NCBI GenBank assembly: GCA_963698035.1 | Contig: OY969114.1 | Span: 90,001 to 122,000 of the forward strand | Reading direction: 5' to 3' | Origin: Candidatus Saccharimonadota bacterium | GTDB taxonomy: Archaea > Micrarchaeota > Micrarchaeia > Micrarchaeales > Micrarchaeaceae | Length of the DNA: 32,000 nucleotides | Shown: positions 1 through 6,941 of the stretch, one piece after another | Layout of the letters: each line of letters starts with the position of its first letter | Position numbering within the stretch: position 1 is the stretch's first letter | The notes under the pieces: model-generated | Seen by the model: the letters and a program-made list of their open reading frames with translations, nothing else | Database searches by the model: none | What the model was told of the DNA's origin: nothing | Made by a program: the position numbers and the translations under genes

Positions 1-39
1 GTGGTTTGTAATAGAGCTTGCAAGTTCATGTCCTTAAGT

Positions 40-153
40 CTAGCAAGCCTCTAGCCAAGGAAGGTGTGGAATGCTCTCCTGAAGCGAGGAAACAACATCC
101 GCTGGTATGCCCAACGGATTGACATTGACAGCCAGATCGATAACCTTTGCCAT
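40..153 (-). pseudogene. Possible N-terminal remnant of a class I/II (HisC/CobD-like) PLP aminotransferase; 37 codons, then stops in all frames
   Basis: The ATG at 153 lies 7 nt downstream of the decarboxylase stop (161-163). The peptide MAKVIDLAVNVNPLGIPADVVSSLQESIPHL resembles the xDLSxNxNPLGxP N-terminus of HisC/CobD-type aminotransferases; this is a short match recalled from memory. TAG at 40-42 and stops in the other two minus frames before nt 1 rule out a full-length gene. Confidence 0.3.
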
Positions 154-160
154 GATAGAA

Positions 161-1721
161 CTAACCCCTGTTTTTATAGTTTGCCCATTCCCTCTCCCCA
201 AGCTTTTCGGTATAATGCACCAGTTCCTCGAGATCCGCCTTGGTTGTAAGAGGGTTGCCAAGCATAAGCCTCTGCATCTGGTATACTTTGTCCTTTCCGG
301 CACCAAGGACATTCTTGAAGTCGTTCAGGTTGAATGTATGGACATAGAATTCCCCTTCCATGAACATCTTCTTCTGAATTCTGAGGTTCAACTCGCTTAT
401 CTTTCTTGCAGTCCCTATGGATTTGGTTGCATCGAGCTCCTCCTTGAGCTCCTTTGGCACGTACAAGTATACGGCGCTGTTTATCGCGATGTTGTTCATA
501 AGGTAAAAGTTCTGGGTCTTTTCTATCACCGCCGCGAAATATTTCACCATCTCGTGCCTTCTCTCTATGAGCCTTCCGATCTTTTCCTTCCCCAGGTTCT
601 TGATCAGGAACCAGAGCTTGAGGCTTTCAAAAGCCCTGCTGCCCAGAAACGGCGTTATCTGGCCGAACGAGAGCCTTTCCTTTGTTATCAAATCGCTCAC
701 TCCGGACACCGACCTGATTGTTTCCGGATCCTTTACTAAAACGTAACTGAGCGGGTACGGTACGAAAAGAACCTTGTGAGGATCTATCGTAACCGAATCG
801 GCGAGGTTTATGCCCTTTACTTTTGCCTTCAGCTTGTCGCTGAAACACAGCGATGCCCCGTGGCAGGCGTCTATGTGGAACCAGATCTTGTATCTCTTCG
901 CTATTTTTGAGAGGCTAACGAAATCATCTATTGCCATGGTCCTTGAGTCTCCAGCGTAGGCTATGAGAGCGAATGGATGCCCGTCCACTTTTGCCTTTTC
1001 CAATTTTTCTACGAGATCCTTTTGGTCTATTGTGAAGTTCTCGGTCGTCTTCACCTCTATAATGTTCTCATCCCCAAGACCGAGCCATGCCATCGCAGCC
1101 TTTGAGGTATAGTGGCCTATGCCTTCCGGGATGAACATCTTGAGCGTTTTTTTGAGGCGTAGAGGCCCTTTGCCATGGTGTTCGGATAAGCGACCCCCTC
1201 GCCAGGAGCAACGCTATGGTATTCGCCAGCGTGCCTCCAGGCACGCTCATACCCCCAACCTGCAGTACTTCTGCGGGGTTTTTTATGATGTCGTAGCCTA
1301 TAAGCTCCCTGATCCAGTTTATCACCGCTATCTCCACATAGGTCGCGGTCGGCGAGGTGTGGATAGAGTTGAGCGTGTTTTGGTTCAGCAGGCCATAGGC
1401 GATGTACCCTGTGACCGCAGCCACAGAGTTTCCGCTGTCCGGAAATGCAAGAAAGTGAGGACTGGAGAAGTTCACCGACCCGTCCACTATCTTTGCATTG
1501 AATTCCTCTATCACCTTGTGCATGTCCTTGGGCTTTTTGGGTATCGGTTCGATCAGTTCCCTGAATATGGTATCCTGATCCTTGTAGCACAGGACCGATC
1601 TTCCGAGGTCCTTGCCGAGCTTGAAGTCCAGACCGACCTTGATCGCCTCCGAAAATATCTTTTCAACTTTCTTGCGATTTTTCTGGTTCACAAAGTCGTT
1701 TTCAAACTCATCCCCTTCCAT
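161..1721 (-). pseudogene. Group II PLP-dependent amino-acid decarboxylase (Glu/Tyr/Asp decarboxylase family), interrupted by two frameshifts
   Basis: Minus ORFs 1068..1721 and 161..1138 plus a short bridging frame make one protein. The N-part reads ...SPHFLAFPDSGNS...GGTLANTIALLLARG. The C-part reads ...GHYTSKAAMAWLGLG...WFHIDACHGASL...SVTIDPHKVLF, which carries the PLP-lysine DPHK motif. Three different frames are joined at a G5 run (plus C-run 1194-1198) and an A7 run (plus T-run 1147-1153). Confidence 0.8.
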
Positions 1722-1754
1722 AAAATATCGCCAATTTCAAGATTATAATGTGAT

Positions 1755-1800
1755 ACAGTTATATCTATATATATTTAACAACGTAATTAGATTGACGTAC
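1755..1800. promoter_or_regulatory. Shared divergent A/T-rich promoter region (TATA-like boxes) for the decarboxylase and MetRS
   Basis: The block ttatatctatatatatttaac sits between the divergent starts at 1721 (minus) and ~1802-1809 (plus). TATA-like octamers are readable on both strands about 25-45 nt from each start. Confidence 0.4.
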
Positions 1801-1801
1801 T

Positions 1802-3463
1802 ATTAACGGTGATTTTTTCAAGTATTTAGTTACGGCGGCCCTGCCGTATATAAACAATGTTCCCCACCTAGGACACCTTATAAGCACACTCTTGCCGGGT
1901 GATGTCTACAGTAGGTTTCTTAAACTGAAAGGGGAAGAATGCGTATATGTCTGCGGTACTGACGAGTACGGAACGACTATAGAAATAGAGGCACTAAAAA
2001 TGAATATAACACCACAGAAGCTTACAGATGCCAATTTTCTTGTAACAAAAAGCGGCTTTGGCAGGCTGGATTGCAAGCCTGACATATTTTCAAGAACATC
2101 TGATCCAGCCCATACAAGACTTGTCCAGAAGTTCTATGAGCAGGTAAAGGGCAACGGCTATATCTACACTAAGAATATAGAACAGCTGTACTGCGACAAG
2201 GACCAAAGATTCTTGGCGGACAGGTTTGTCGAAGGTACTTGCCCCAATTGCGACTACGAAAGGGCAAAGGGAGATCAATGCGAAAATTGCGGCAAAATTC
2301 TGACACCCACCGATTTGAAGAACCCGCATTGTGTGATTTGCGGCGAAACACCGCACCTGAAAAAGAGTGAGCATGTCTTCTTTGCGCTAAGCAAACTTCA
2401 GGACCAGCTCCAGACTTTCGTACAAAAACAAGTACATTGGTTTCCCAACGCGAGAAATTTTGCACTTAGCTGGTTGAACGAGGGGCTTGTTGATATAGAC
2501 ATACAAAGGGATATAAAATGGGGAGTACCAATTCCAGATTCTGATGGCAAGGTGTTTTACTCGTGGTTTGACGCCCCGCTGGGCTACATCACATTCACCA
2601 ATCAGCTCGGGAAAGGCAAATGGTGGCACGAGGATGATGTTAAGCTTGTACATTTTATCGGTAAGGATAATATAGCGTTCCATACTCTGTTCTTCCCCGG
2701 TATGCTAATGGCAGCCGGGGGGTATATTCTTCCTTGGCAGGTGGCATCATATGAGTTCCTAAACTGGGTGGCCGGTGAGAAGTTCTCGAAGTCAAGGGGC
2801 ATAGGACTGACAGTTCCTCAGGCTGTAGACCTATATCCAGCGGATTACTGGAGGTACTATTTGCTCACAATTCTTACAGAGAAGAGGGATACGAACTTTT
2901 CATGGGATGAGTTTGACACAAAGATTAACGGCGATTTGAACGGCGTACTCGGAAATTTCGTGCACAGGACTCTCACATTTACCGAGAGGTTTTTCCAGGG
3001 CAAAGCGCCCGAGCCAAAGGAGTACAGCGAAAGCGACAAGAAGGCATTGGAGGCCATAGACGACGCATTTGAAAAGGTGACCGTCCATTTTGAAAACATA
3101 GAGCTCAAATCCGGATTGGGCGAGATTATCAACCTGGCCAGGATCGGAAACCAGTATATGCAGAGCGAGGAGCCTTGGAAGAACGAAGACACCAGAGCGA
3201 ACACGATCTACGTGGTGCTGAACATAGTACACGCCCTGTCAATACTATTAGAGCCTGTCATCCCATCCAGCGCTGCGAAGATCAGGAAACAACTGAACGA
3301 GACTGAAAAGCCGGACTGGAAGGATATAACAAAAAGGATTGCGCCAAGGCATGAAATCGGGAAAGTAGAACCAATTTTCAAGAAGATAGAGCCTAAGGAA
3401 ATTTCCGCGCTGAAAGAAAAATATGGAAGCAACTTCAGTCAGGCAAATAATCGCACGCCCTGA
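1802..3463 (+). CDS. metG: Methionyl-tRNA synthetase (class I aaRS)
   Basis: In-frame codons upstream of the ORF-track start encode FFKYLVTAALPYINNVPHLGH, which contains the HIGH motif. Other motifs are the zinc knuckles CPNCDY...CENCG and CVICG and a KFSKS (KMSKS-type) motif. The TTG start at 1892 would delete the HIGH motif. The frame is open back to 1796 with no ATG, GTG or TTG. Position 1802 is an in-frame ATT, and GTG at 1809 is one frame off across a T6 run (1813-1818). Confidence 0.9.
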   Translation: MNGDFFKYLVTAALPYINNVPHLGHLISTLLPGDVYSRFLKLKGEECVYVCGTDEYGTTIEIEALKMNITPQKLTDANFLVTKSGFGRLDCKPDIFSRTSDPAHTRLVQKFYEQVKGNGYIYTKNIEQLYCDKDQRFLADRFVEGTCPNCDYERAKGDQCENCGKILTPTDLKNPHCVICGETPHLKKSEHVFFALSKLQDQLQTFVQKQVHWFPNARNFALSWLNEGLVDIDIQRDIKWGVPIPDSDGKVFYSWFDAPLGYITFTNQLGKGKWWHEDDVKLVHFIGKDNIAFHTLFFPGMLMAAGGYILPWQVASYEFLNWVAGEKFSKSRGIGLTVPQAVDLYPADYWRYYLLTILTEKRDTNFSWDEFDTKINGDLNGVLGNFVHRTLTFTERFFQGKAPEPKEYSESDKKALEAIDDAFEKVTVHFENIELKSGLGEIINLARIGNQYMQSEEPWKNEDTRANTIYVVLNIVHALSILLEPVIPSSAAKIRKQLNETEKPDWKDITKRIAPRHEIGKVEPIFKKIEPKEISALKEKYGSNFSQANNRTP

Positions 3464-3467
3464 TATA

Positions 3468-3497
3468 CACACTCTATATATGAGCCCTACCCCGGTG
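3468..3497. repeat. 30-nt direct repeat, copy 1 (partner at 4246-4275), starting 5 nt after the MetRS stop
   Basis: cacactctatatatgagccctaccccggtg versus cacactctatatgtgagccttaccctagtg gives 26/30 identical positions in the same orientation. Both copies are preceded by gcc(c)tga. Each contains a TATA-like core. Confidence 0.6.
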
Positions 3498-3552
3498 TGC
3501 ATCTGCCTTAGCTAAATGGAGGCAAAGGTGTTTTTAAAGGTATGGATTTTAG

Positions 3553-4050
3553 ATGTTACTAATTGGTGTTTGCTTGGAAGAAAGGGATAAAATATGGCAC
3601 GGCGCCTTCGTCTGCGTATTCAACAAGAGCTTCTCAAAGATACTTCTGCTGAGCCGCAACTGGAAAAAGAAGAAACGGGAAGGAAAGGTATGGGAAAGCA
3701 AGGCGATGTGGGGCAACATCGGAGGGTCAATGGAAGCGGGGGAAACGCCTCGGCAGGCATGCGTAAGGGAGGCGGGGGAGGAAATCGGCGTGAGATTAAA
3801 CCCCAAGGACCTGGTGCAGGTCTATGTTAAGAAGAGGCCGGTCTCCGAACCAAAGCCGTATGTTGTATGCTTCCATGCCACTACTATTGATGAAGGCACA
3901 AAGATTAGTCTAAACGACGAATCGTACAAATATAGATGGTTTAGCATTGAAAAGCTTCCTAATGGAATGCTGGATAAGAAGGAAGACATACTCAAATGGA
4001 GGAATCTGGCAATGTCCGGCCTTGGTGCGGCAAAAGACACAGCATCATAG
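3553..4050 (+). CDS. NUDIX hydrolase
   Basis: The 165-aa ORF contains the Nudix box GGSMEAGETPRQACVREAGEEIGV, which fits GX5EX7REUXEEXGU. Confidence 0.85.
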   Translation: MLLIGVCLEERDKIWHGAFVCVFNKSFSKILLLSRNWKKKKREGKVWESKAMWGNIGGSMEAGETPRQACVREAGEEIGVRLNPKDLVQVYVKKRPVSEPKPYVVCFHATTIDEGTKISLNDESYKYRWFSIEKLPNGMLDKKEDILKWRNLAMSGLGAAKDTAS

Positions 4051-4085
4051 TACTGAATTGTATTTGTGAGTAAAAAACACTGCAA

Positions 4086-4110
4086 AAACCGGTTTAGGGG
4101 TCTCGTTTTT
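4086..4110 (+). terminator. Candidate terminator for the NUDIX gene: 10-nt palindrome followed by a T5 tract
   Basis: aaaccggttt (4086-4095, a perfect palindrome) is followed by aggggtctcg and ttttt (4106-4110), 36 nt after the stop. Oligo-T tracts are typical archaeal terminators. T-runs also occur on the minus strand here. Confidence 0.3.
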
Positions 4111-4245
4111 CTTCAATACCTATATCCCTCATGCAAGGTGTTCCGGCCGTAATTTGAACGCTTTGTAGCAAAATAGCCCATTTTTAAAATTCCCCGCTGT
4201 CAAAACTATGCTTCAACCTCAACCGGCCTGGCGAGCCTGAATGTC

Positions 4246-4275
4246 CACACTCTATATGTGAGCCTTACCCTAGTG
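4246..4275. repeat. 30-nt direct repeat, copy 2 (partner at 3468-3497)
   Basis: See copy 1. This copy lies in the 295-nt spacer between the convergent NUDIX and ATPase genes. Confidence 0.6.
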
Positions 4276-4345
4276 GACCTTTTCTCTTCTTTCGACAAAA
4301 GTTCCTGCAATGTCCACCGGTCTGGGCGGGGGCGTGGACCTCTTT

Positions 4346-6499
4346 CTAAGATTGTTTGAGTATATCCCTGACGGGTAACTTCAAGCATTTGTACTTATTA
4401 TCTGTTAATCTTTCTATTTCTTCTTTTGTTTTGCTTCCGTTTGTGACAAATATCAGTTCTGTGTTCTGACCGCTTGCCTTTTCTATGCACCTCTCTATCT
4501 CGCTCCTTATCGCATTGGTCTGGATCTCGTATGCGGTTACGTTGTAGTAGTCCCATAACCCCTTTATCTTTGAATCCGTCTTGAGTTCCCCGACATCGAA
4601 GCTCTCCCTTTCCTTCAGCACGAACGGAAAATTACCATTATCCTGAATCATTTCAATGGTATTTTTCATGAGCCCAGAGTGTTCTTCACTTCCTTTGTTC
4701 ACTCCTTGCCTTTGTATTATCCTGTATGAATCCAATAACTCCTGAGCCTTCTTGGTCAGCTTGCCATCCATGAAATATCCCGAATCTGTTGCCCTTCGCA
4801 GCAATGATGGCTTGCTTGGAGTGCCATAAATTGTTGTCTTGCTTGTTATCCAACCCCTATTCTTCAGCATTTTGTGCGCTTCGGTAAGGTTGTTTGTCCT
4901 GCTGAACGCCACGAGGAACCTGTACACGCTTACACCGGGGATGTCCAGCTGCCTTATCACCGCGTGCATCTCCCTGTCAGGCTGCCTGCTCGGCCCGGAG
5001 TCCCTCGCATTGCCTATGTCCAGCCTCTTTATGCTCTCCCTGAGCCTGTTCTTCTCCTCCCTGCTTATCATGTCGATCTCTATGTACGCGGGATGCGGCT
5101 GTCCGTTCTGTATCGCGTTCTGGTCGAAGAGCATTGCGCCCCCGACGGGCATCCTGTGCAGTATCGCCTTCTCTATCTCGGTGAAGACCAGCATCTTGTG
5201 TATGCTCTCGAGCGCCCTTGGCTCGTGGTACGAGAGCACGAACTTGACGGAGGTGTTTGCCACTATGGGCGCGGGCAGGTCCTCCAGCAACTGCGTTGAA
5301 ATCAGCAGCCCGAACCCGTATTTCCGGCCCTCCCTCACCACCTTCGTTATATTGGTCTCCTTGTTGTAGTAGTTGACTATCGCCTGATAGGCGTCGTCCA
5401 GCGCTATGTAGAGCTTTATCCTGTCCTGGACCCTGAACTCCTCTATTATCCTCTGCATTATCGTGTGGGTGACCAGCTTCTTCTCTATGTCCGTAAGGCC
5501 CTCCATGTCGATTATGTTGCACGTCTTGTCGTAGTTGTCCCAGAACTCCTGCGCCTCGTATCCGAAGATCTCGAAAGCCTGCCTCAGCTTGTTGGTTGTG
5601 TACCTCAGCTGCAGCTTCATCTCCTTGTAGCGCTCCCTGTCGGCCTCTTCCAATAGGCGATCATGAAGGGTCCTTATGGTCGGTTCCTTTCCTTCGTTGT
5701 ACATTTCTGCTAATGTTTCCCTGACCTTCTGGGCCTGGAGGTCCGTCAATGCAAGGGATACCTGAAGGAGCTCTGACGCGATTCCGCACCTCCTCTCTGT
5801 GCTCATTCCCCTCAACGGGAATGGGTTGACCTTCAGGTTCGCGGGCACGCGCCAGATATTGACATCCATAGCGTTGTGCTTGTACGAGCCCGACCAGTCC
5901 ATTATCAGGAATGGTATGCCGAACCTGGTATAGCTCCTTGTGAGGAATGTCAATGTAAGGTTGGTCTTGCCCGAGCCCGACTCCCCTATTATCATCACAT
6001 GCGGATTGGGTTCGCTCTTTGTCTGCAGGTCGTATATGCCCTTCGAGCCGGAAATAGAGAGCTTTGAGGATTTTGTCTGCACCCCGGTGGCCATCGTCCT
6101 GATTGTTGTTTCCGTCCCTGTGGGATGCGGATACTCGTACCCTATCGCGATGCCGTTGTGGCGGTGCATCTTTACGCGGTCGCCGAGCACCGCAAGGTAG
6201 TAGGAGATTATCGCTGTTATGGGGATGTATATCCAGATTGGTATGATGGAATAAAGGACGATGTAGAGCAGCTGCGTAAGCAGGAAGAACATGAGGAAGT
6301 CGCCCAGCGCGGCCACCCTCTTGTGCCCCCTCTTGACGTACTTGAAGAAGTCGTTTATAGCGTGGCTCTCGCTCTTGTGCTGGTACTTGAAGCCGAAGGC
6401 AAGGAAGACCAGAACGAGGATGTATATTGCGTACAGCATTACGGCAGAGACCGCGCCGAATGTGGTTGCAAGAAGGACCAACGAACCCCCCCCATACAC
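4346..6499 (-). CDS. Membrane-anchored HerA/FtsK-superfamily P-loop ATPase with a C-terminal wHTH-like and PD-(D/E)xK-like extension
   Basis: - Motifs: Walker A GESGSGKT (nt 5963-5986), Walker B-like LYIALDDA, and a GRKYGFGLLISTQ box typical of HerA/DUF87-type ATPases.
- N-terminus: 3-4 hydrophobic helices.
- Start: GTG 6499 (VYGGGSLVLL...) is preferred, because the ORF-track extension to 6589 runs through TATA-like boxes (minus-strand tttatatatttta).
- Alternative start: the ATGs at 6510 and 6495 are one frame off across a G8 run (plus C-run 6486-6493). Confidence 0.75.
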   Translation of the reverse strand: MYGGGSLVLLATTFGAVSAVMLYAIYILVLVFLAFGFKYQHKSESHAINDFFKYVKRGHKRVAALGDFLMFFLLTQLLYIVLYSIIPIWIYIPITAIISYYLAVLGDRVKMHRHNGIAIGYEYPHPTGTETTIRTMATGVQTKSSKLSISGSKGIYDLQTKSEPNPHVMIIGESGSGKTNLTLTFLTRSYTRFGIPFLIMDWSGSYKHNAMDVNIWRVPANLKVNPFPLRGMSTERRCGIASELLQVSLALTDLQAQKVRETLAEMYNEGKEPTIRTLHDRLLEEADRERYKEMKLQLRYTTNKLRQAFEIFGYEAQEFWDNYDKTCNIIDMEGLTDIEKKLVTHTIMQRIIEEFRVQDRIKLYIALDDAYQAIVNYYNKETNITKVVREGRKYGFGLLISTQLLEDLPAPIVANTSVKFVLSYHEPRALESIHKMLVFTEIEKAILHRMPVGGAMLFDQNAIQNGQPHPAYIEIDMISREEKNRLRESIKRLDIGNARDSGPSRQPDREMHAVIRQLDIPGVSVYRFLVAFSRTNNLTEAHKMLKNRGWITSKTTIYGTPSKPSLLRRATDSGYFMDGKLTKKAQELLDSYRIIQRQGVNKGSEEHSGLMKNTIEMIQDNGNFPFVLKERESFDVGELKTDSKIKGLWDYYNVTAYEIQTNAIRSEIERCIEKASGQNTELIFVTNGSKTKEEIERLTDNKYKCLKLPVRDILKQS

Positions 6500-6636
6500 T
6501 TGATATTCATATTTGGATAATAAAATATATAAATGTTTACTTTGGTATAAATTAGGGGAAGAATGCCGGACAAACCGACCAGGGAGCAAAGAAGTAAGCG
6601 GAGGTTATGTTTATGCCATAGGCAGCAAGATAGAGT

Positions 6637-6705
6637 AGTCCGCCAATAAAGTATCAAACCCGCTAACAAAATCAATTAATTAGCAGATTTTATTAGCAAA
6701 GCTAC
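6637..6705. promoter_or_regulatory. Intergenic ATTAGCA-box array (locus 1), homologous to 12325-12392
   Basis: ATTAGCAG (6680-6687) and ATTAGCAA (6693-6700) are 13 nt apart, next to an AATTAATT palindrome. caattaattagcaga is identical to 12343-12357. ttattagcaaagcta is identical to the reverse complement of 12325-12339. The array lies ~75 nt upstream of the SDR remnant start at 6780. Confidence 0.45.
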
Positions 6706-6779
6706 GGCAACAGCAAGGTATAATAATGGAAAAGTAGAACTATGGGATGTTGGAGTCTATTCTTAAAAGGCGGAATAAA

Positions 6780-6941
6780 ATGGAGAGAGTACTTCTAACT
6801 GGAGCCACTGGATTTATAGGAAAGGAGCTTGCAGCCAAGCTGGCAGAGAAGAATTTGGAGGTGCACTCCCTAGAGCTGCACTCTCTAGAGCGCTATGTGC
6901 TTGCAGTAGAGGTTTGCGGACTGGAGGCTGGGAGGATATAG
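6780..6941 (+). pseudogene. N-terminal remnant (~40 codons) of an NAD-dependent epimerase/dehydratase (SDR) gene
   Basis: MERVLLTGATGFIGKELAAKLAEKNLEVHSLE(LHSLE)RYV aligns with the N-terminus of the intact paralog at 21423..22385 (MERVLITGSTGFIGKALLNKLGGGKYEIHTLERYV). Similarity stops at ~6899, where the convergent gene 6893..7927 ends. There is a 15-nt tandem duplication (6862-6876 and 6877-6891, one mismatch). Confidence 0.7.

Noticed and set aside
107-1748. Long plus-strand ORFs (107..739, 1119..1748) and minus ORFs 627..848 and 1117..1590 overlapping the decarboxylase locus.
   Set aside because: They are shadow frames of a clearly recognisable minus-strand decarboxylase and have no family-like sequence. 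Only the short bridging part of the 1117..1590 frame (VAYPNTMAKGLYASKK) is meaningful, as part of the frameshifted gene.
3594-3830. A Gly/Arg-rich 78-aa ORF and the 85-aa antisense ORF 3549..3806 over the NUDIX gene; also the 24-codon ORF from ATG 3516.
   Set aside because: The first two are alternative or antisense frames of a gene with a perfect Nudix box and are low-complexity products. The 24-codon ORF is out of frame with NUDIX and has no supporting features.
4206-4388. A 60-aa minus ORF in the convergent spacer, overlapping the ATPase 3' end.
   Set aside because: It is Arg/Pro-rich and low-complexity, overlaps the ATPase stop region and has no start context. It is treated as non-coding spacer.
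4839-6520. Several 60-180 aa ORFs on both strands inside the ATPase gene (for example 4839..5369, 4874..5299, 4977..5522, 6125..6520).
   Set aside because: They are antisense or alternative frames of a gene with strong Walker motifs. Their composition is biased (Arg/Gly/His-rich or Leu/Ser-rich), as is typical of shadow ORFs.
6500-6589. The ORF-track N-terminal extension of the ATPase (MLPGRFVRHSSPNLYQSKHLYILLSKYEYQ).
   Set aside because: The extension is translated straight through A/T-rich TATA-like promoter sequence and has no hydrophobic or conserved character. GTG 6499 (or ATG 6510/6495 with a one-base run change) is more plausible.
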